The notes under the pieces are model-generated. The model had not been told where the DNA came from and ran no database searches. It saw only the letters and a program-made list of their open reading frames with translations. From positions 2,272,001 to 2,336,000 of the forward strand of contig CBDCCI010000002.1 of assembly GCA_965214705.1 (NCBI GenBank): a stretch of DNA of 64,000 nt, given 5' to 3'. A program made the translations under genes and the position numbers. Source of the stretch: Alphaproteobacteria bacterium. GTDB lineage: Bacteria; Pseudomonadota; Alphaproteobacteria; UBA828. Positions 59,424-64,000 of the stretch are shown one piece after another. Position 1 is the first letter of the stretch. Every line of letters starts with the position of its first letter.

Positions 59424-59804
59424 TCACGCCGTCACGATCCGCAGATAGCCGTCCGGGACCATCCGGGGGTATGGAGACGTGTGGTAGACGGCGACGCGGA
59501 AGCCGGCGCCTTCGATGTCCTGGACGCGGTAGCTCAACGCGTGGCCGGCGAGCGGCATGACGCGGGCGAGCGCCTGCGCGACGTTGCGAGACGGGACGTG
59601 CGTGGCGCACTCGGGCTCGCGCGTGGTGACGATCCGCAGGCACGGCTCGGGCTCGTCGAGCAGGGCCGAGGCGTTGCACTTGGGGCACTCGCCCGCCGGC
59701 ATCGGGTCGCCCGGCTGCACGCGCTCCCAGGCGTTCTTCAGCGGGCCGCACCGGTCGGCCGGTCCGTTCCAGCCGCAGTACTGGCATGTCGCGGTGGGGA
59801 TCAT
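59424..59804 (-). CDS. Hypothetical zinc-ribbon protein
   Basis: CQYCGW...ERVQPGDPMPAGECPKC; GGGAGG RBS. Confidence 0.7.
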   Translation of the reverse strand: MIPTATCQYCGWNGPADRCGPLKNAWERVQPGDPMPAGECPKCNASALLDEPEPCLRIVTTREPECATHVPSRNVAQALARVMPLAGHALSYRVQDIEGAGFRVAVYHTSPYPRMVPDGYLRIVTA

Positions 59805-59867
59805 GCGGTGATCCTCCCGTTGTGGTGTGGTGGAGCATCGAGGGGCGGTGTGGCCCTCGAGCGGAGA

Positions 59868-60245
59868 TCAGGCGGCGATCCGGATGTGCTCGCCCCAGGG
59901 CGCGGGGTGCCGCCACGGGCTCGCCTCGTCTCCGTAGTCACAGAACGCGACCGGGAACGAAGGCTCGTGCTCGGGGTAGTCGGAGCACTCCATGTCGGTG
60001 AAGTAGAGGCACACGCCGGGCTGTATCCCCTGCGCGTCGAGCCAGGCGAAGCCGGGCCGGAAGTCGGTGCCGCCCCGGCCCTTGACCACGATCTCCTCGG
60101 GCAGGTCGTCGGCGGCGTACTCGGCCACGTCCCGAAGCATCGTGTCGACCTGGAGCACGATGACGTTCTCGGGCCGGATCTCGGTGGCGACCTCGCGTAG
60201 CTCCGCCCAGAACTCGGCGAGGGTCGTGGTGGGGAGCGAGCTCGA
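59868..60245 (-). pseudogene. 3' remnant of vWA-like (DUF2201-type) gene, cut at the MIDAS motif
   Basis: SSSLP..TLAEFWAEL...GRGGTDFRPGF...LYFTD...PWGE; 5' part absent beyond the IS. Confidence 0.82.
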
Positions 60246-62399
60246 CCCAAGTTGGCACTTTTGTCCTACCCATGTCCTTTATCGTGTTGATGTAACGCGA
60301 TATTTCTCTCGGCCGGTTCCAACATGGCACTACATTTTGTTGGATTCTGTCAGTTCGGCAGGCGGGTCCTCGTGCGGTGGATGGCGGGTTCCACGCCCGC
60401 CGCCGAGGAGATTGCGGCAACCTCAGCGGCCGGGCGCGTGTCCTGTCGATTGACGATCAAGGTGCCGTCGGTCTGGCGCAGGCGCGTGGTGATCCGCACC
60501 CAGGTCCGCATGCTCTCGCGGATCGATGCCCAGCACTTGTGGATGTCCCGCGCGGCCAGCCGGGAACGGATCAGATGCACGGCGTGGTAGGCCAGCACGG
60601 CGATCAGCAGGTGGGCCGCGATGCGCCGGTCGAGCTGGTGCCAGATCGGGCGAAGGCCGAGTTCGGATTTCAGGCTTCGGAATGTCGCCTCGATATCCGT
60701 GATCCGCCAGTACGTCCGCAGGACCGTCTCGATATCCCAGTCGACGTGGCTGGTGCGCAGCACATAGGCGCCCGCGCCCTCATCGGCCTCGTCGTATCGC
60801 GGCCTGCGCTTGAAGCGCACGGCGGTGGCATTGGGGCCGGTGTCCGCCTTCTCGACCGTGATCTCGTAGTGCCTGGCGACGGCGGAGAAGCGCTGCTTGA
60901 GGCGGCCTATGCTCTCCAGCACCTTGTCGTAGCGCTTGAGGCGGCCCTTGACCGCAAGGCCGCCGTGGAGCCTTTGCAGCGCCGCCTCGAAGCGGTTCCG
61001 CCTCAGGCCGATGATCGCGTTCTCGGCCTTCTTCTTGCCCTCGCTGACGACGTAGAGCCGCGCCTCGCCGTCCTCGCTGGCAAGCCGCCAGGCCCGCACC
61101 TCGTGGCGCGCGCTGGTGATCAGCAGGGCCTCGGGTCCGCCCTCGGGCGGCGCAGGCCTGGCACCGCGGCTGACCGCGATCCAGTCGTAGCCCTGCTCGC
61201 CCAGCCAGACGATGTTCTCCTCGGTGGCGATGCCCGCGTCCATGACCACCGTGGGCTTCGCCGCCGTGCCGCCGCATACCGCCTCGAGCCGGGCCAGCGC
61301 CTCGTGCAGCGTGCCCGGCTCGCTCACGTTGCCGGGCAGGATCTCGCAACTGCGCGGGAAGCCCGCACCGTCGAGCGCCAGCGTGATGAGGGGACAGTCG
61401 TCGCGCTTCTGCTTGGAGCGCCCGAACCTGGGAAGCTCGCCGTCGGTGTGGCCGTGGTAGTGGACGTTGGTGAGATCGTAGAAGGCGATCGTCTCGGGCA
61501 GGTCGAGCAGCGCGCGCTCACGGTTGAACAGTTCCCTCTGGATGGCGGCCCGGTGGCGCCAGAGCAGGTCGCCGATGCGGTAGAGCGTCTTGCGCCGCAG
61601 CGCCTTGCGGTCGCCCTCCAGGCCCAGGAGCTCGGCGGCCGCGCTGTCGTGGCGGAGCCAGCGGCTGGTATCACGCTCGCTGGCGGGATGGACCATCCTG
61701 GCGACGATCAGCGCGCTGGCGATGCGTCCGTCGCGGCCCTTGATGTCGAGGCCGTGGAGGATTTCGGCGAAGCCAAGGTCGTCGAGGGCCTTGAGGCACA
61801 GGCGCTCGCAGCCGACGGTGCGCGGGTTCTCATGCTCCAGGGTATCGAGGTCGACGGTGGCGATCTCGGGCTTGCGCGCCTCTTCCTGCATCGCCTCGAC
61901 GCGGAACCCCCTGGCCCTGAGCTTGGCGACGATGTCCTCGGCTGCGGCCTGCACGTCCGGGACGGCTTGGAGCAGCGGCGGGCGGCCGTGCAGCAGCGCC
62001 TCGGCGAGTTCGGCCACTTCGCGCCATTTCTCCTTCGGCACCGGATAGTCGGTGCCGAGGTTGAGGAGCGTGCGCTGCCTGACCTTGTCGCCGATGCGCT
62101 GGGAGAGCACGAGGCGATGGCTTCGGACGGGCTTGCCGTCGGTGGTGTGGGTCTTGGTTGCCCTGATGAACATGTCGCCCGTCGCGAGATTGTTGCGAGG
62201 GGCCAAGATTTGTCGGCTTGGGGTCTGGGGTCAAGGGAAAATCGTCAATACCTAACAACTCCTGGCACTACAACGCGCTTCCAGCGCCTCAATTACACAT
62301 ATAGTGGCATCATCTCGGAGCTACCCCAATATGTGGTACTTCGGTCCGCAAAATATGGGCAGACCGGCATTGAGCAACCGGAAAAAGTGCCAACTTGGG
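60246..62399 (-). mobile_element. IS1634-family insertion sequence, copy 2 (no target duplication)
   Basis: IRs CCCAAGTTGGCACTTTT / AAAAGTGCCAACTTGGG; flanks TCGA and TTGC differ. Confidence 0.92.
60350..62173 (-). CDS. IS1634-family DDE transposase
   Basis: Near-identical to copy 1, two codons shorter; alternative start at 62206. Confidence 0.9.
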   Translation of the reverse strand: MFIRATKTHTTDGKPVRSHRLVLSQRIGDKVRQRTLLNLGTDYPVPKEKWREVAELAEALLHGRPPLLQAVPDVQAAAEDIVAKLRARGFRVEAMQEEARKPEIATVDLDTLEHENPRTVGCERLCLKALDDLGFAEILHGLDIKGRDGRIASALIVARMVHPASERDTSRWLRHDSAAAELLGLEGDRKALRRKTLYRIGDLLWRHRAAIQRELFNRERALLDLPETIAFYDLTNVHYHGHTDGELPRFGRSKQKRDDCPLITLALDGAGFPRSCEILPGNVSEPGTLHEALARLEAVCGGTAAKPTVVMDAGIATEENIVWLGEQGYDWIAVSRGARPAPPEGGPEALLITSARHEVRAWRLASEDGEARLYVVSEGKKKAENAIIGLRRNRFEAALQRLHGGLAVKGRLKRYDKVLESIGRLKQRFSAVARHYEITVEKADTGPNATAVRFKRRPRYDEADEGAGAYVLRTSHVDWDIETVLRTYWRITDIEATFRSLKSELGLRPIWHQLDRRIAAHLLIAVLAYHAVHLIRSRLAARDIHKCWASIRESMRTWVRITTRLRQTDGTLIVNRQDTRPAAEVAAISSAAGVEPAIHRTRTRLPN

Positions 62400-62522
62400 T
62401 TGCGCAACGTGCGGGCCGTGGTCAACGGCGAGCGCCTGCCGCACTCACTGCTCGGCATCACCGCGCTCGAGCGCCTGAGCGGCTACGAGGTCCGCGACGG
62501 CACCCTGACGCTGAGACCGTAA
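62400..62522 (+). pseudogene. 3' remnant of clan AA aspartic protease gene (TIGR02281-like)
   Basis: LRNVRAVVNGERLPHSLLGITALERLSGYEVRDGTLTL. Confidence 0.7.
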
Positions 62523-62526
62523 CTCT

Positions 62527-63501
62527 TCACTCCCCCCAGACCTCCGCGAGGAAGCGCAGCCAGTTCTCGCCCATGACCTTGCGGATGCGCCCCTCGGTCC
62601 AGCCGGCGCGCTCCATGGCCGCCGTGAGGTTGGGGAGCTGCCCGATGGTCTCCACGCCCTTCGGGTTCGAGAGCGGGGTGAACTTGATGAGCGAGCGGGC
62701 GTTGCCCTTGTCGTTGGTGATCCAGTCGAAGAACTCCTGACCGTAGCCCTGGGTGAAATCGGTGCCGAAGGCGACCGAGTCCTCGCCGGCGACCCCGATC
62801 ACGTGCTCGATCGCGTCCACGTAGTCGTCCACCGTCGAGCTCTCGCCGCCCTTGAGAAACGCCGGAAACATGGTGACCCCGATCATGCCGCCCTGCTCGG
62901 CGATGAAGCGAAGCTCACCGTCGCCCTTGTTGCGCGGGTGCGGCTTGAGCGCCGACGGCAGGCAGTGGGTGTAGGCGACCGGCTTGGACGACTCGCGAAT
63001 CGTCTCCTCGGACGTGCGGGAGCCCACGTGGCTGAGGTCGATCAGCATCCCCACCCGGTTCATCTCGGCCACCAGCTCGCGCCCCCAGTCGCTAAGCCCG
63101 GAGTCGCGGCTCTCGTAGCAGCCGGAGCCCGCAAGGTTCTGCGTGTTGTAGGTGAGCTGGGCGATGCCGACGCCCACGTCCTTGAAGAGCTGGACGGCGC
63201 CCAGCTTGTCCTCGAAGGCGGAGGTGTTCTGGAAGCCGAGGATGATCGCCGTGCGCCCGTCTTCCTTGGCCTTACGGATGTCAGCGGTGGTGCGCGCCTT
63301 GACGATCAGGTCGTCATGCTCGCGGAACCAGCCGTTCCACTGGGCGACGTTGGCCATGGTCTCGACGAAGCCCTCCCACACGCAGCACGTGCAGTTGGCG
63401 GCGGTGAGCCCGCCCTCGCGCATGTCGCGGAACACGTCCTCCGACCAGTTGGAGACGATGAGCCCGTCAATGACGATCAGATCCTCGTGCAGCGTACTCA
63501 A
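62527..63501 (-). CDS. Membrane dipeptidase (peptidase M19 family)
   Basis: IVIDGL, ILGFQN, QLTYN, IDLSHVG, HPRNK, GTDF, KVMGENW; TTG start with GGAGG RBS. Confidence 0.92.
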   Translation of the reverse strand: MSTLHEDLIVIDGLIVSNWSEDVFRDMREGGLTAANCTCCVWEGFVETMANVAQWNGWFREHDDLIVKARTTADIRKAKEDGRTAIILGFQNTSAFEDKLGAVQLFKDVGVGIAQLTYNTQNLAGSGCYESRDSGLSDWGRELVAEMNRVGMLIDLSHVGSRTSEETIRESSKPVAYTHCLPSALKPHPRNKGDGELRFIAEQGGMIGVTMFPAFLKGGESSTVDDYVDAIEHVIGVAGEDSVAFGTDFTQGYGQEFFDWITNDKGNARSLIKFTPLSNPKGVETIGQLPNLTAAMERAGWTEGRIRKVMGENWLRFLAEVWGE

Positions 63502-63641
63502 GTCACGTTCCTCCCTCGATGCGCCGCGCCTGGCGGGCGCGTTTCCGCCCGATTCGAGCCTCCTGGCGCGGAAGCCCGTTGTCTCGCCCGGCTAAGGGGC
63601 TAAGATACGGCCACGCTTTGCGCGCGCGAAGGAGAGATGCC

Positions 63642-64000
63642 ATGCCCTTGCTCGACCTGCACCACGTGGCCATCAAGTCCAAGAACCTCGAGGAGACGGT
63701 GAAGTTCTACCGTGACGTGCTCGGCATGGAGCAGGTCGAACGCCCGGAATTCCCGTTCCCCGGCGCCTGGCTCCAGATGGGTGAGACCATGTTCCACATC
63801 TATGGGGGCGACCCCGCCAAGACCCACAGCGGGAACTACAAGTACAGCCAGCGGGTCTCGCCGATAGACCATATCGCGCTCCGGGCGACAGGCTTCGACG
63901 AGATGAAGAAGAAGCTGAGGAAGCACAAGTGCGAGTGGCGCCAGATGAACATCCCGGACTTCAGACTCTGGCAGCTCTTCGTGCTGGACCCCAGCGGGGT
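63642..64000 (+). CDS. VOC/glyoxalase family protein, runs off window end
   Basis: MPLLDLHHVAIKSKNLEETVKFYRDVLGM...RPEFPFPGAWL...IDHIAL. Confidence 0.88.
   Translation, partial: MPLLDLHHVAIKSKNLEETVKFYRDVLGMEQVERPEFPFPGAWLQMGETMFHIYGGDPAKTHSGNYKYSQRVSPIDHIALRATGFDEMKKKLRKHKCEWRQMNIPDFRLWQLFVLDPSG

Noticed and set aside
8800-62399. Composite transposon bounded by the two IS1634 copies
   Set aside because: Copy 1 has its own target duplication and the outer flanks (TCAA, TTGC) do not match.
4391-62399. Complete self-transmissible ICE
   Set aside because: No coupling protein, VirB4 or pilus genes in the window, and the relaxase is interrupted.
62304-62522. 72-aa ORF as a real gene
   Set aside because: Chance fusion of the IS end with the aspartic protease remnant.

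Overview
High-GC, probably proteobacterial, chromosomal window. Ordinary host genes sit at both edges. The left edge has an alpha/beta hydrolase, two RbsB-like sugar-binding proteins and a ROK regulator; the right edge has an M19 dipeptidase and a VOC protein. Between them (about 4.4-62.4 kb) is a heavily rearranged integrative/mobilisable island. It contains: a MobF relaxase-helicase split by an IS1634-family element; tandem tyrosine integrases bracketing an ApeA-like HEPN plus dynamin-like GTPase pair; a type II R-M system with a PLD nuclease; an intact IS66; and a 'leading region' type backbone. The backbone comprises SRAP, PAPS-reductase-like, NADAR, AAA/vWA, ParB, GHKL ATPase, DUF2958, strawberry-notch methylase-helicase, RadC, HicAB, SSB and toprim primase genes, several of which share an upstream DNA motif. 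A nest of two recombinase + IS91-like units and a RIT remnant sits at an inferred inversion breakpoint. The most unusual observations are: the RIT element appears to carry a full-length replacement of the primase gene it interrupts; the IS91-like units have terminal inverted repeats that abut perfect hairpins; a conserved bipartite motif precedes several backbone genes; and an iteron-like array lies beside a four-finger Cys protein. I saw no T4SS genes, rRNA, complete tRNA or CRISPR array. All family calls come from motif recognition by eye, not database searches.
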